In this document: positions 50,701-64,000 of the stretch, in pieces
Numbering within the stretch: the stretch's first letter is position 1
Layout of the letters: every line of letters begins with the position of its first letter
Origin: Malacoraja senta
Lineage: Eukaryota
NCBI GenBank assembly: GCA_038087875.1
Contig: JAXLNO010005561.1
Location: 1 to 64,000, forward strand
Direction: 5' to 3'
DNA length: 64,000 nt
Made by a program: the position numbers and the translations under genes
Notes under the pieces: generated by a model
Told to the model about the DNA's origin: nothing
Seen by the model: only the letters and a program-made list of their open reading frames with translations
The model's database searches: none

Positions 50701-51162
50701 AAGTTTTCCACCCTAGTGTCCCGTTTCAGCTGAACCTCGCATTATGTTCTTACTCGCACAAAAGCACTTGGGGCAGGTCTCCCACCTCAAATCCAGGTGT
50801 TAACACAAGGACATCTGAAACTATTCTGTGTGTACCCTGATGTGTGTGAAGCCCCGCGCATCCACCACCCCTCCCACTGGAAATGCCACAGCGCAGCCTC
50901 CAACGGCAAAACATGCTTGCTCACCCAATACCACTTCCCCACTGGATAAAGCCAAATGCTGACACTCCCACTGCAACACAGTGGGAAAATTAACCACATT
51001 GCGCCGAGAAACAAGTGCAATTGTTTACTGTGCCGAGCTTAGACTCACTGTGGTAAAGGCAGTGGCTAGAAGCTAAGTCAGACCCGATAAGCTACTCCAG
51101 CACTGTCTTTTTAAAAATAAAATAAAAGGTAATGGCTGTTCTGTAACTTCCAACATTTTTGA

Positions 51163-51330
51163 GTCATAGTCATACAGCGTGGAAACAGGCCCTTCGGCCT
51201 AACTTGCCCACACCGACCAACATGTCCCATCTACTCTAGCCCTACCTGCCTGCATTTGGCCCATATCCCTCTTAAACTGTCCTACCCATGTACCTGTCTA
51301 AATATTTTTTAAACGTTGCGATAGTACCTG
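51163..51330 (-). mobile_element. CR1 3' tail fragment
   Basis: gtcatagtcatacagcgtggaaacaggcccttcggcc...catgtacctgtctaaat. Confidence 0.8.
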
Positions 51331-53369
51331 CAAAGGAATGCCACTAAACAACAGTGTGATGCACTGCAACGTCTGGGTGCATATCTTCACTGAAGAATTT
51401 ATGGAGTTATTTATATATGAAACAGCGCACAGTAAATGTTTCCTCTTTACTACTGCTGTGCTTGAACTCCCGGTTATGCTCGTGGTCTCACTTAGTCGCA
51501 AAGCCACTTATGTTTCTGCACCACATCAAAAGCAAGCTTCTCAGAATTCCTGAAATCATCACCAAATTTAGCCTGTCTAGGAGCTTTGTGGTGTCTGGGA
51601 TGGCTTGTAGTCATCACAGCTTTGCCCATGCACACTCTGCTCTGAGAACATGAACTACTGGAATGTTAGGAGCACTTGCAACATGTCTGAGAATGCAGTT
51701 AGTGGCTTTCCAGGTCGAGAATGCAGTGACCCAGGCTGGATAAGGAAATGTACGTATCAGCAAAGCAGACGTACTCCTCTTAGTTAAAAAAAAACTTAAA
51801 TAGATTTTCTCGTGGAAAAAGTTGCAATTCCAGGCCCTCACCTTAGAACAACTACAATAGAGCTGTCTGGTTGGAAAGTCTTCTATTCAATCGATCTCAG
51901 CATCATACTGATTATCTTGCTGGCAGATCCGATTACACTCAGCGAAAGAATTCAAAACATAATGAGATAGACTCCTAAAAATAATTTGCCTGCCGCTACA
52001 ATGTTGTAGTTTTGGCTGCACTTGATCTTGAAGCCATCACAGCCAGGTTAATGTAAGCAATCCAATGCAATTCTGTCTCAGCTTCCTAATTTTGACTTAA
52101 TTTGAGATCAAGTTTTATTAAAATATTTATTCTCTTCCGAACTATAGTGCATATGATTCCCCCCACCCCCACCCAAAATTTTCCTTATGCTGAGAAACAA
52201 GAGATCTCTCGCCAACCATTTGGTTCCTCAAAAAATACTGGATTTACTTCCAATGCGGCTGCCTTATATCTCGACTTGCTGCACCCGCCAACATCCGTAA
52301 ATCATCCTTACCCATGCTAACAAGAAACTATCACTCTGCTTTAAAATTTTCAACTAATTGAGCTTCAACTTGTTTGGGCATTAGGTTTCCATTACATGGC
52401 TATGTTTGTCAGTGCTCTGCAGCTGAAAGCTGTTTTCCCCTGGAGAGAACACGGCAAGACTTGTGTCTGGGATCACCTGGATATCCCTCTGGGCACTCCT
52501 GCTATCCTCCAACCTTGCACATCTGATAGGGTTTCAGAGGATGACAGTCGTCAATGTAACGCCACAGAAGAGCTTGAGCTAAGCCCCCAATGCAATAGGA
52601 TTCCCAACATAACTCTGGGAACTTCCTGATCATTTTGGAATCTCCGTAATGCACCATCTCCCACTCTTCCACCAAACTCCACCTTAATTCCTCCAAGGCC
52701 CCAGCTCTGACCTTCAACCACTCCAATCCCAATTATCCAATCCTTTAAATCTTCACCATCAGGCCCAAGGTTCAACCCTCACTAAAGACCACGATTTGCA
52801 ACCTGCCCTCAAATTTTCACTAGCCTCATCACAGGCCCATGCTCAGCTGGAATCATTGGCTCCAAGCCTGAAAATCCCCCCTGGTCTCGACCAACCATCA
52901 AATTCAATTCTTCTCCCCACCCAGACATCTCCAACCCTCAACCACAGCGTAGGCTCTGATCAGGCTTATAGGTTGTTGGTTCTCTGACCCACCACAGCCA
53001 GCCTTCAAAAACATCTTTCAAATGCCTGAACACTGACTCTTAAACATACTGATTGTATCTGACACCACCACCTCTGGCAGCGAGGTCCAGATATCAACCA
53101 CTTTTTGTACAACAACAAAAATTCCCTCAAATCTCCTTCTTTCCCACCTTAAACCTATAGATTTTTGGTTTCTTAAATTTTGTTATGGGCTATCAAAACA
53201 AGAGGGCCAAGGTCAATGAATGCCGCATTCATTGGGACACGCATATCCTTGCTGTGATGATGAAGATATATATGTTCCATAATTGGGCTTGCCTCTCCAC
53301 GAGAAGTTTTGATGGCCTGGCAACATGGAAGATGAATTCCAGGTTTGAGGTGAGAATGACTGTTCATGA

Positions 53370-53850
53370 CATCATGCCAAAATTGAAACTGGTCCAGCAT
53401 CAAGGAGCTTTGATAAAACTGAATTCAATGGGAATAAAGGAGAAAAAGCCTCTACTGTTTTGAGCCAAACCTTCCACAAAGCAAGATGGTTGTGATTACT
53501 GTTGCTGGAAGTCAATTATTTCAATGAAAGGGCATTCCTGTAGGAATGCCACAGCACATGATTCTTGGCCCGACCATTTTTAACTGTTTCATCAATAACC
53601 TTCCATTTATTTGCATGACTTACCTCCCGACTCCTCAGAGCCTTTCCACCATCTGCAAGGCACAGTGAGAAGTATGAAGAAATACTCTCTACTTGCGTAC
53701 GTAAGCGCAACTTCACAGACACCAAAGAAGCGTGACACAAGAGATTGTGTTGGCATACAATGTACAAGATTACCCAGACAGATCCTGTGAGTGATAGGAT
53801 AAAGCAGCCTGCCTTATCAGCACCCTTTCAACATCCTAAACACCCCACCC
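53370..53850 (+). mobile_element. Ancient CR1/L2-group LINE RT remnant
   Basis: VQHQGALIKLNSMGI...KMVV...G-PQ---LGPTIFNCFINNLP recognisable across frameshifts. Confidence 0.6.
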
Positions 53851-54643
53851 GCCATCTCTTGCCACCATTACCTCAACCTATTAATGAATTACAAGTTAAA
53901 AAGCTCTACATGAATTTCCCTTGCTTTGTTTTTAGAGAAACATGGTCATTACACTCATAGAAGGGTTAACCAAACTTACTGTAGCTCACATCAAAGAATT
54001 CAAATGCTTGTGGAGAAAGCTAAATAGAACACCAACCAGGAAATCAATTTCACCTCCCACTCTCCTGTGGACTCAGCCAACAGGAAGGGGAAAAGGTTGA
54101 AAGAAAACTTAAAAACAAATCTGTTGGAACTTGAGTGACATTGAAGGGGATCTTGTCGAGACCCATGAACATGTAACCTGGTGACCATTGTACGGAACAT
54201 AACGTGATCAGCAAATACAGAATAATCCCCTTCGAATTGCTTCAATTTGGCTACAACATACAGATCAACAAAAGTAAAGGTCCATTGAAGTTTATTAATG
54301 CTTTGAGCACATCCAGGAAATGTGGCACATGTGGTTTAATTCTCTGTTTATTTCTCATCAGAACACACAGACAAACTTGTGTCTTTCATGGCCTCTTGAC
54401 ATGAATTATAATGTCTTGGCTGGTTTCGCAGAATAAAAATCAAGGTTGATCATTATCCTCCAACACAATCAAAATCAATTTGATTCCTCAAGTTGAATGG
54501 CTGGGAAATTAGTAAATGAAACAGAAATAAAGTCCCCAGATTGAAGCCGAAGAAACAGGTACTCAACCTGCTGCACCACGGCACCGTCCCCCCTTTCTTC
54601 TGAGTCTTCAGTCGCCACCTGGTTCCACGGGGACTTTGCCAGC

Positions 54644-54771
54644 CGGAGAAAACCCATGCGGTCACAGGGAGACCGTACAACCTTCATACAGACAGCACCC
54701 AGGTCAGGATCGAACCCGTGTCCCTAGCACTATAAGGCAGCAACTCTACTGCTGCGCCACTGTGTCGCCCC
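54644..54771 (-). mobile_element. V-SINE 5' half
   Basis: gagaaaacccatgcggtcacaggg...ggcagcaactctactgctgcgccactgtgtcgccc. Confidence 0.8.
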
Positions 54772-55464
54772 TGGTTGAGGAAACAATGTGATCCAACTGT
54801 TTACTGGAGCTGCTGTAAGCCAGGCCCAGTTTCCACAGGAACCCCCTTCACCAACTGAACAAGCCCATCCAAATGTTGGTGCAGAAGGAATAAAAATATC
54901 TCACCGACACATTACTCAAGTACAGTATGATAGAATTTGTCGAGCAAAGTTGGTGATGGCTCTGACATGTTAGAAAGTTTTGGCACAAATTAATAGGAAC
55001 AGGTTATGGACACTACACCAATATTCAGTTGACAAAATCAATCCACTCACTTGTGCCACTTATGGTATAGCATAATCTACCTCAGAGAGAACAAATCTGT
55101 ATTTTATTTGCAGCATTTTATGAATTGTAACTTATTTTCCAAAACGATAATCTGTAAAATGGGGTAACTCCTGCCAGAGTGCCTTTTATTTATTTTTTCG
55201 CTTGCATCACTGCATTTCATAGAATGTCGCATGAGACCATACACTCTTTTATTTTCTAAACATCGCATTTACTAATACAACATGAATTGGATTAATCCAC
55301 CTCACTAAGTGAAGGCAGTATTTGCACCATTCAATAGTCCAACCCTGCAGGGAAGACAAAACTGATGTTGAATGTTACAAAGCAAATTGCATCACATCTG
55401 CCAAGTTTATGTAGTGTACAGGCACTGCTGACACAGTCCAGTCTGGTCTCCCAGCGTCAGGAAA

Positions 55465-55615
55465 GTGTAGGAAGGAACTGCAGATGTTGGTTTACACCGA
55501 AGATAGACACAAAAGCTAGAGTAACTCAGCGGGTCAGGCATCATCTCTGGAAAAAAAGAATCTTTTCTCCAGAGATGCTGCCTGACCCGCTTAGTTACTC
55601 CAGCATTTTGTGCCC
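55465..55615. repeat. Inverted pair of Penelope-terminus repeats (hammerhead centre deleted)
   Basis: gtgtaggaaggaactgcagatg...ctctggaaaaaa / ttttctccagagatgctgcctgaccc...ccagcattttgtg. Confidence 0.8.
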
Positions 55616-57476
55616 CTTTAAATGCAACAGCGTGCTCCTTGTTCTTCTGAGACCTTTGTGCAGCAGATGTAACATGGAGCTTTCTGCTCCAGCTTGTGTC
55701 GGTTTAAGCAGAAATGGGTATTGGCCAATAATGTCAGAAAAACACCAGTTAGCGCAAGGACTTGGGTCCACTGTAATCCTGCATCTATTGAGATTTCACC
55801 CCCAAAACACCTCCAGTATGGCCCACACCAGTTAGATGCTAAACTGATGCTGAAAATTGTCACTCTAAATAGTCTCTGAAAAACACGGACTCTGTGTACT
55901 GATTTCTAGGTTATATTCTTGATAAAAGCTGATGGTAAATCATTCCTTGCCATATTACGCAACTGAACCCCTCCAACAGCATCCACTGTTGGGTACACTG
56001 GTCCGTGCGTGTGTTAACGGCAGGGAGAAGATGTGATGCCCCCAGGATCAATCGCCTGACTCCATTTCGCCCAGGACTATGTATAAATAATGAATATCTA
56101 CACCAATAAAACTGCATTCTACAAGGAGCCTGGAAAAATCATGGGAACAGGGATTAAAAAAAGGCGGGGGGGGGGGGGGTGGAATTTTCCACAGACCTCG
56201 ATGCAGACTGGAGTTAATTTTATTTGACAAGACAGCACCAGCTGTATACAGCATTAGCCTACTATCCAAGCAGATTGCTGCGTCTCATCAGGAAAAATGA
56301 TTTCCCTGTCTGTAAGTAGCAGTGGCAAAAAAAGAGAAAGGTGGGAGGAGACATGAGAAGACAGATTGTCTTTTCTATGGGAAGTGACTGATTCATTGCC
56401 TGGGGTGTATGGAACGCACTGCAGGATGACTGAACATTCACATGTCATGTCTGCACAGACCCACTATTAATAGTGTCCAATTAAGGATTTAAAATTAGTT
56501 TTGTCTGCACCTATTTGCTCTCATGTTAAAGAAATTAAGATATTGAAAAAAACAAACATTCTGTTTTCTTTTGGGGGAAAAGAAAGGAGTGTTTCATTTT
56601 GCAAATCTGCTTCTGTGTTCATAACTTGTTAAAAATAGTTTCAATCATTTGATATAACTGTTCATCCACACAACTGGAGTGATGACAGAAGGAAGGAACC
56701 CCCCCCTCAGTGAATTACAGTTGTGTGTGGTGCAACACTTTGGGAGACTGATGACATATTCGGTTGGCGAAGTTAAACATCAGTCAGTGCCGCATTGTAA
56801 TAGGAATCTTAACCTGCACACTTGGAAGTGCATTTGAGTTTATGTTCTGCAGCACCCACTGTTGAAGACGCATCAACACCTTATGAAGGGTGGGTACTAC
56901 AGTAATTTGACTGTTTTCACTTTCACTTTTTTCCTTCGGTCATTGGTGATGGTGCAAAGGCAGGGGAGTAAGAATAAGGGGAGACACCTGAGGCTTTAAA
57001 AAAAAAAGTGATTTCACTCCTATTGGCAGACTGACACATATTGTATCGATTCAATAGTAATGAAGCTCATTATTGAGATAATGAAGCATATTTTAAATTT
57101 TAAAAAGTCACTGTTAGCTGACACCAGTCATTAGCGAGTTGGATGCAAAAGAGTTACACAGAGTGATCTAGAAGTAGCACTGATTAGAAGTTAATTCAAC
57201 ACACCCAATTCTCTTTGAGCGTCACAATATTTTATTTTCTCTCTTGAAAGACATCTTGAAAGATACCATCCAGTAGCAGAATGGATCCTCTACTTCAAGT
57301 CCACTCCCACAGGCCCTTATACCCGACTCTATTGGTGCCCAAAAATCTATCAGGTTTGCCTTCAACAATGTCGATAACTGAGCATTCACAGATCTCCGCG
57401 GTAGATAACTTAATAAATTGACAACCCTTTAGGAAATTTCTCGTGAAATCAGTCCTGACACCATTCCCAAGTCTTT

Positions 57477-57736
57477 TACTTTAGACTTTAGGATACAGTA
57501 TGGAAACAGGCCTTTCGGCCAACCGAGTCCATGCCGACAAGCGATCGCCCCGTACACTAGCACTATCCTACACACTTGGGATAATTTACCATTTTACCGA
57601 AGACAATTAACCTACAAACCCGAAGAAGCCCATGCAGACACAGGGAGAACATACAAACTCCATACAGACCGCACCCATAGTCAGGATCAAACCTAGGTCT
57701 CTGGCGCTGTAAGACAATAACTCTACCGATGTGCCG
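57477..57736 (-). mobile_element. V-SINE (HE1-like)
   Basis: Family consensus, reverse strand. Confidence 0.8.
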
Positions 57737-60700
57737 TCCAAGTCCTGAGGAATCAGCCTCTTTACATCTAGGACCTGGACAACCCGAGTTGCCTTGAGTG
57801 TAGTATCTGGCCACTGCAACAAGACATTTGTCAGCACAAAAAGGTAGGGTTCAGCTGTTGAAGTTGTCTTAACCTGGTAGACTTCAGCCAGCACCTCCTC
57901 ACAATGCAGGCCATTTACTTCAGCACCCTACAAGGAACACTCTCCTACTACCCTCCCTTAATTCTGTAGCAACCCTCCCTCCTAACTAGCATGGCGGTTT
58001 GTCCCTTTCAGAGCTGGCTGCAACCCCAACCTATTGAGTAACATGCTAAGAATTGCAAGAACTTGCAACACATCATCAGGGAGCTCTAACCTAAAACAAT
58101 GTTATTTGCAGCGCAGCATTAGATTTCTGATAGTGCAATTCTTTTGCATTTTCCCATCTCCACTTGAACTGAATGCATATATTCTGGAGCAATTTCTAGC
58201 CCATGTGGGGAGTCCATTCTCCTTCAGCATGAAATAGGATATCCTTCCTGAAGGCCATTTGTCATCCAGCAAGGGCTTTAAACCTCTGAATCTACTATTC
58301 CCGTTGTTTCAAGCAAACCTCCATAATTTTGGATCCCAGATACCACGGCTAGTACCCTGACAGGGTGCATGGTGTGGCAACTGCTCTGCTCTTGACCATC
58401 TGAACCTGCAGAGAGTGGTGAATACAGCCCAGAAGTATCGTCGAGGATGCCTGTCATCCTGATGCAGGAGCTTGAAAGCTCGGACGCAGTCTTAAGAATA
58501 GGGGTGAAGGGCCTTGTTCCATGCTGTATGACTTGATGACTCTATGACACAATAATTAAATTGGTATAAACCCAGAAGATGGGCGTTCACTGAACTGACT
58601 GATGTGTCCTCCCAGGACTATCTACCAACTAAAGGTGCCCTGAAATTCCCAGCACAATTTCCTACTGCACTTTCCTGCATCCAGCTAATAAAATTAATTA
58701 TCTGCCTCTAAATTAGTAGCCCACAGACACACCGACCCATTTGTCCCTGGAGATGAGGCATACTACAGCGTCCTGACCCACATTCACAGACGCACAGTCA
58801 TTCTTACACTGGCTCCATGCGTGATAAAGTAACAAACCAAAGTAAAACAAAGATCAAAGAACTGCAAATACCGAAAGTCTGGAAAAACTTCAGAAAATAT
58901 TCAGCAGGACACATCTGTGGACCTGAAACTCCAATTCTGCTTCCCTTTCAATAGTTGCTGCTTGACCTGCAGAGTATCTCCAACAATTTCCTGTTATTAT
59001 CAATCCACTAATATGAATTGGTGAGATTTAACAATACCCTTATATTAATTATGGTTTGATTGCAGATATGGCTGAGGGTGAAATCTGAGCCCAAGGTGTG
59101 TATTCTTTCCCCAGGAGTTCCTGCGTAAAACCCTATCCATCCTGGGATAGAATTGTTGACAATGTAGAGTGGGCTTGTATCTAGACCCCTGCTACCACTG
59201 AGAAACCAGAGCACAGTATAGACAGCAGAGCACATCTGCACCAACAGGAAATTAAGATAGCAGAACAACAGGATAAATGCACCTGAAACATCGATCCCAT
59301 TGTAAACTTCATATATGAGATCTGCCCAAGACCTGATCCAGAATTGTCCCGACCATCATCATGATTGTTGCACTCTAATCTGGAGGCGTTAGGGTCAGGG
59401 TTAGCCCTAAATTTAATGCATGGTGCTGAGCTGGGGAAGAACCAAACCCAATCCAAATGCAAGTGCTTTGTCACACTGGACACCTGACCTGATCTAGCAG
59501 CACTGTCAGGGTGCACTGGGTGCAAGTTGGATTGTCACGCTTCACCGTAGCAAGTTCAGGAGTCAGCAGCTACCTGCCAGGATGGAATTCAAGGACTTGC
59601 TACTCAGTTTCATATTCAACGTTGCTTCTTCCTAACCTTCTAGTGGATGGAAGATAGAGGCCAGCAGCAGATTCTGGCTGAAGCTTGGAAAACAAATGCA
59701 AGGTCGAGGTGAGTAAGCATGGAAACAGGCCCTTCAGCCATACTCTTCCAGTCTGATCAAGATGCCATATCAAAGCAAGTCTCCTGTCCTAGCGGGAGTG
59801 TCATACTTCTAAACACATTGTTCAGCGAACAATGCCGCAAGTGCCCTTGGACATCTAGCAATGACATTTCAGAGATCTGTGTGATGGAACAACCAGTTTA
59901 TTCATTGACAACATTCACTGATGGAATGATGAGTGAAGTACAGAAGGCACGTAGTTCCATGCTCCGACAAAAAAATACTTGCTTTGGCCATGGTAGGGAG
60001 AAATAAAAAGCCAGCAGGGAACAGAGAACTGGTCAGAGAACAAAAAAATGACATACGCAGCAAGGTTGAATTACATTTTACAGAACATTCTATATAAAAT
60101 CCAGGGACACCTTGTGAAAGAATCCAAACCACAGTTTAATTGTTGGGTGTGTAAAACATTGTTAAGAATGTTCTGCAGCACTAAGTACATTGTCAGTACT
60201 TTCAAGGGCAGTGAGTGCGTCAGTGAATGGAAGGATCGACAGCCACCAGCGTTTTCACTTCCCAGAAGCAGCTTCACATAGACATAGACTCTTGTTTTGG
60301 TCAGCCTGTGCTGACTACTCTATATTTCAAAGATCGTTAGCTTGTCTTCCCAATACATTATAGATGTCTAAGAGTCTTCCACTAATTCTTCTATTAAATA
60401 AAAATTTCATGAAAGTGTTTCTGTTGCAAAATAAATCCTGCATTTCTGTCGGGTCTTATCAGAGCCAACCATCTTAATGTGCCTTCCATTGGAATTATTT
60501 CTGGCATGCCAGCTTAAGGTGGTGCCTTCAATATCAATGATTACCACGGAATGTTTTTGCTATGGCACAGGCACAGGCACACACAGCTTAACACAGGCAG
60601 TAACAAACACACCCCAGACCATGACTACAACCGGACCCTAACTTGTTTGTGAAGGAATTTATTCCCAGACTACTGTTAAATGACTCCGCAACAAACAGGA

Positions 60701-61577
60701 AAATTGTTAATTTGTTCTCAAAATAAGACTGAAATTGTGCAATGTCCTGCCTGCATAGAATTCACAGCAGTAATGTGAAGGACTGGCATTGCATTACAAT
60801 ACATGGCATTGCATTTGGGATTTATTTTAAAAATATATTTTCACACTCGCCTTCCTACAACTTTCTTCAGTTAGTACGTTTTAGCTGCCGTGCTGAGACT
60901 GACATACCTTACTAGAGAATCTTTGATCACCCCAACCTTAGCCCGATTTGATTTAAAAAAAACTACAGCTGCAGCTCCAATGGAAAAATACAGCTTCAAA
61001 AATGAAAATGATATAGGTGACCTTTATTTTTTTTTAAACAAGCAACTGACACAAGTAATATTAAAATATATGAATGTACCATTTTATTTGGCTGCAGGTC
61101 TCTCATAGTTCCTTTTGGAAGCATTTTTTAAACTGACTTGTCAGATCTAGTGCATCCCTCAGTTAATTCAACCAAAGTGAATTTATGCGTAACGCTGTCA
61201 GAATTACAGTCACTGCGGGTGATATTACAATTAGCAGGCTGGGGTCAGACGCCTATTAACTTACATGAAAAAAGTCTGAAACGGGTGGTGTAATTAAATT
61301 CCCTCCAGCGTTCTTGATGGATTATATCTGTGCATTTCCTTACATTTAGTTTGCCAAATCAAATGGAAATAAAGAGAGATTAAATTCAACTAAATGGTCG
61401 TGCACAGTACAATTCATTTGAGCATCAGGACTATTTCGATTTCTCAAAACAACTATGGTTACTGGATTATTTTCAAATTACGAGACATCAGAAGAGTTTT
61501 CCACAAAGCAACCAACAGAAAAAAGAAATTTCCACTGCCAATATAATTTAGAAAGCATCTGCATTTCACATAGATAT

Positions 61578-61842
61578 GTTGCTGCCTTACAGCGCCAGAA
61601 ACCTGGGTTCGATCCTGACTGTGCAGTGTTTGTAAGTTCTCCCAGTGATTACGTGGGTTTACTTCGAGTGCTCTGGTTTCCACCCACACTCCAAAGACGT
61701 GTAGGTTTGTAAAGTGAATTGGCTTCCAGAAAATTGTCAATAGTGTGTAGGATAGAATTACTGTGAAGGTGATTGCTGGTCGGTGCGGATTCTGTGTGCC
61801 GAATGGCCTGTTTCCATGCTGTATCTGTAAACTAAACTAAAC
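61578..61842 (+). mobile_element. V-SINE (HE1-like)
   Basis: gttgctgccttacagcgccagaaacctgggttcgatcctgac...gcctgtttccatgctgtatctgtaaactaaacta. Confidence 0.82.
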
Positions 61843-62871
61843 ATACATACAGTAGATACAAAGCCATGGTCTGTTCCAGGCAGATGAGTCTCCCCTTGTA
61901 CAGGTGGCTTTAATTTGGTTGTTAAAGTTTTGGCCAAGTACAGTGACCTGAAAACTCACCAAACCAGCATCACCATACTTTCAAATAGTGCCTATCTCAT
62001 TCAGTTAAAGTGGAGGTTCCAGGGAGGGTTTTCAAGCGGTTTAAATATAGAGCCAGACAGGCATGATCATGTTTGACAGTTTCCAAATTCTCTTCATGCT
62101 GGATGTACTGCTTAAACTGTTGTAACAGGGCTTCCCATTTGAAGCCTCTTAATCCAAGCCAGCAATTATGATCTTGACTCAGGCATGAGATAATACATTC
62201 TCCCATGCAAATATGGGTGAGTTTTCAATCCCACTGTAAATGCAGATGAGCACATTTTCATTACTATTTGGTGACCATGGACCTAAATCCACTCCTTGAG
62301 AGTCACTGTCACATCACCAAGTTTAACGAGCCGGATAATGTGCTGGGATCCTATTCCTGAACATTCTCCATGTTGATATGTCCTAAAACTTTCAATACTA
62401 AAATGGAGAAAATTCAGTCAGCCAGAGTTTAAATTCAGAAAGTTAAATGTACATCATAATTTAAATACCATGTTTTTTATTTTCATGATTAGGAAATATG
62501 AAAAGCATAAATTTGTGTATTGGCAGTGGAAATACTTTGGTCAAATTAAATCTCTGAATGTCCATTCCCCAAAAAGTCTACATTAATGGCATTATAACAA
62601 ATCTTTATTTGTATTGTACAAATACCAGCAGAAAATGCATTCATTCCATCTAGGGCTGACAGCCCCTGACTTATTGCGTGCACACTTTTTCATCTATCAG
62701 CTGGGTGTATACGTACAATCATACAGGTTTAATATTTTAATCTGTTTGTGCATGATAACTTGTACATGCATTAAGAACTTAAGCAATGGTGGCATTTGCT
62801 ATCAGTGTTCTAGTTGAAATTATTTATCTGAGTAGAGGCGTATTATGTTTGGAGAGATAGTTTGAGTTATT

Positions 62872-63559
62872 CTTCCCTTCCCTCCCATACCACCCCCTTT
62901 CTTCCCTTCCCTCCCATACCACCCCCTCCCCTGGTACTTTCCCTTGCAACCGCAAGAGATGCAACACTTGTCCCTTCACTTCCCCCCTCCACTCCATTCC
63001 AGGACCCAAGCAGTCGTTCCAGGTGCGACAGAGGTTCACCTGCATCTCCTCCAACCTCATCTATTGCATTCGCTGCTCTAGATGCCAGCTGATCTACATC
63101 GGTGAGACCAAGCGGAGGCTTGGCGATCGTTTCGCCGAACACCTCCGGTCGGTCCGCAATAACCAACCTGAACTCCCGGTGGCTCAGCACTTCAACTCCC
63201 CCTCCCATTCCGTATCTGACCTCTCTGTCCTGGGTCTCCTCCATGGCCACAGCGAGCAACACCGTAAATTGGAGGAAATGCACCTCATATTCCGCTTGGG
63301 CAGTCTACATCCTGGTGGCCTGAACGTTGAATTCTCCCAATTCTGCTGGCCCTGGCTGTCCCCTCCCCTTCATCAGCCATCTGGTTGTCTCCTCCCCTCC
63401 CCCAGCCCTCGGGCTCCTCCTCCTCCTTTTCCTTTTTTCCTTTCTTCTCCCCACCCCCTATCAGTCTGAAGAAGGGTTTCGGCCCGAAACGTTACCTATT
63501 TCCTTCGCTCCATAGATGCTGCTGCACCCGCTGAGTTTCTCCAGCATTTTTGTGTACCT
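62872..63559 (+). mobile_element. 5'-truncated Penelope-like element (Neptune-type): Zn-finger linker, GIY-YIG endonuclease and 3' terminus with hammerhead motif; 14-bp TSD
   Basis: PGTFPCNRKRCNTCPF, then NLIYCIRCSRCQLIYIGETKRRLGDRFAEH...VAQHFN...GLN. Flanked by TAGTTTGAGTTATT at 62858-62871 and 63560-63573. Confidence 0.93.
63464..63496 (+). ncRNA. Minimal hammerhead ribozyme motif in the Penelope 3' terminus
   Basis: GU-CUGAAGA-A-GGGU(UUCG)GCCC-GAAA-CGUU-ACC: intact core, 4-bp stem II, palindromic ACGU stem III. Confidence 0.7.
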
Positions 63560-63821
63560 TAGTTTGAGTTATTAGTTGTTTCCTACACAAAGGTATTGAC
63601 AATACGTCGAGTACATTGTGGAGAATGAGAAGATACGTTACGTTAATGTAAATGATAACAAAACTACCACAGTCTGCCTGACAATACAGCAACAGCTTAG
63701 TTCTTGGATGGGATAGGCAGGTTAATGAACAAACAAAATCATATTGTATTATAACGCAATTGGGGGAGAGGGTGTTGTATGTCATAGTCTTCATCCATCT
63801 ACATTGTCTAGGGCTCAAGAT

Positions 63822-63985
63822 GGACACAAAGTGCTGGAGTAACTCAGCAGATCATGCAGCAACTAGACAAAAAGGATGGTTGACGTTTTGTGTCTGAACC
63901 CTTGTTCAGACTGAAAGCAGAGGGGAGGGAACTGGAGAAAGGAAAAGGCCAGAACAAATCAGAGCCAGCAACAGATGACCAAGTC
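63822..63985 (-). repeat. Degenerate Penelope-terminus repeat
   Basis: gacacaaagtgctggagtaactcagc...tgacgttttgtgtctgaacccttgttcagact. Confidence 0.7.
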
Positions 63986-64000
63986 TTAGGCTCATCTGGA

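Larger units (their letters stand above)
27615..64000 (-). other. SKI: SKI intron 1 (partial, >36 kb); exon 1 beyond the window
   Basis: No DHD/SAND-coding ORF in the window. SKI intron 1 is known to be very long in vertebrates. Confidence 0.8.

Overview
Vertebrate genomic DNA, very likely from a cartilaginous fish (skate/ray-like), judged from the HE1-type V-SINE, CR1/HER1 LINE and Penelope repeat content. One host gene is supported. SKI (proto-oncogene, Smad co-repressor) lies on the minus strand with coding exons 2-7 (27614-11664), all GT-AG and phase-consistent, and a long repeat-poor 3' UTR down to about 7460. Intron 1 runs from 27615 past the window end, so exon 1 (DHD/SAND) is outside the window. 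The rest is a dense transposon landscape. It includes a young Passport-like Tc1 (IR/DR TIRs, TA TSD), a young 5'-truncated CR1, an older CR1 and a Rex1/Babar fragment. It also has about 14 V-SINEs, an unclassified 1.3-kb TIR element next to SKI exon 6, and a Neptune-type Penelope fragment with a perfect 14-bp TSD. The most striking pattern is roughly 20 short copies of the Penelope 3' terminus. Many carry a minimal hammerhead-ribozyme core (CUGAAGA-A-stem II-GAAACGUC), several form head-to-head fold-back units, and one intact core is in the SKI sense orientation. Coordinates of degenerate repeats are approximate, and no database searches were run.
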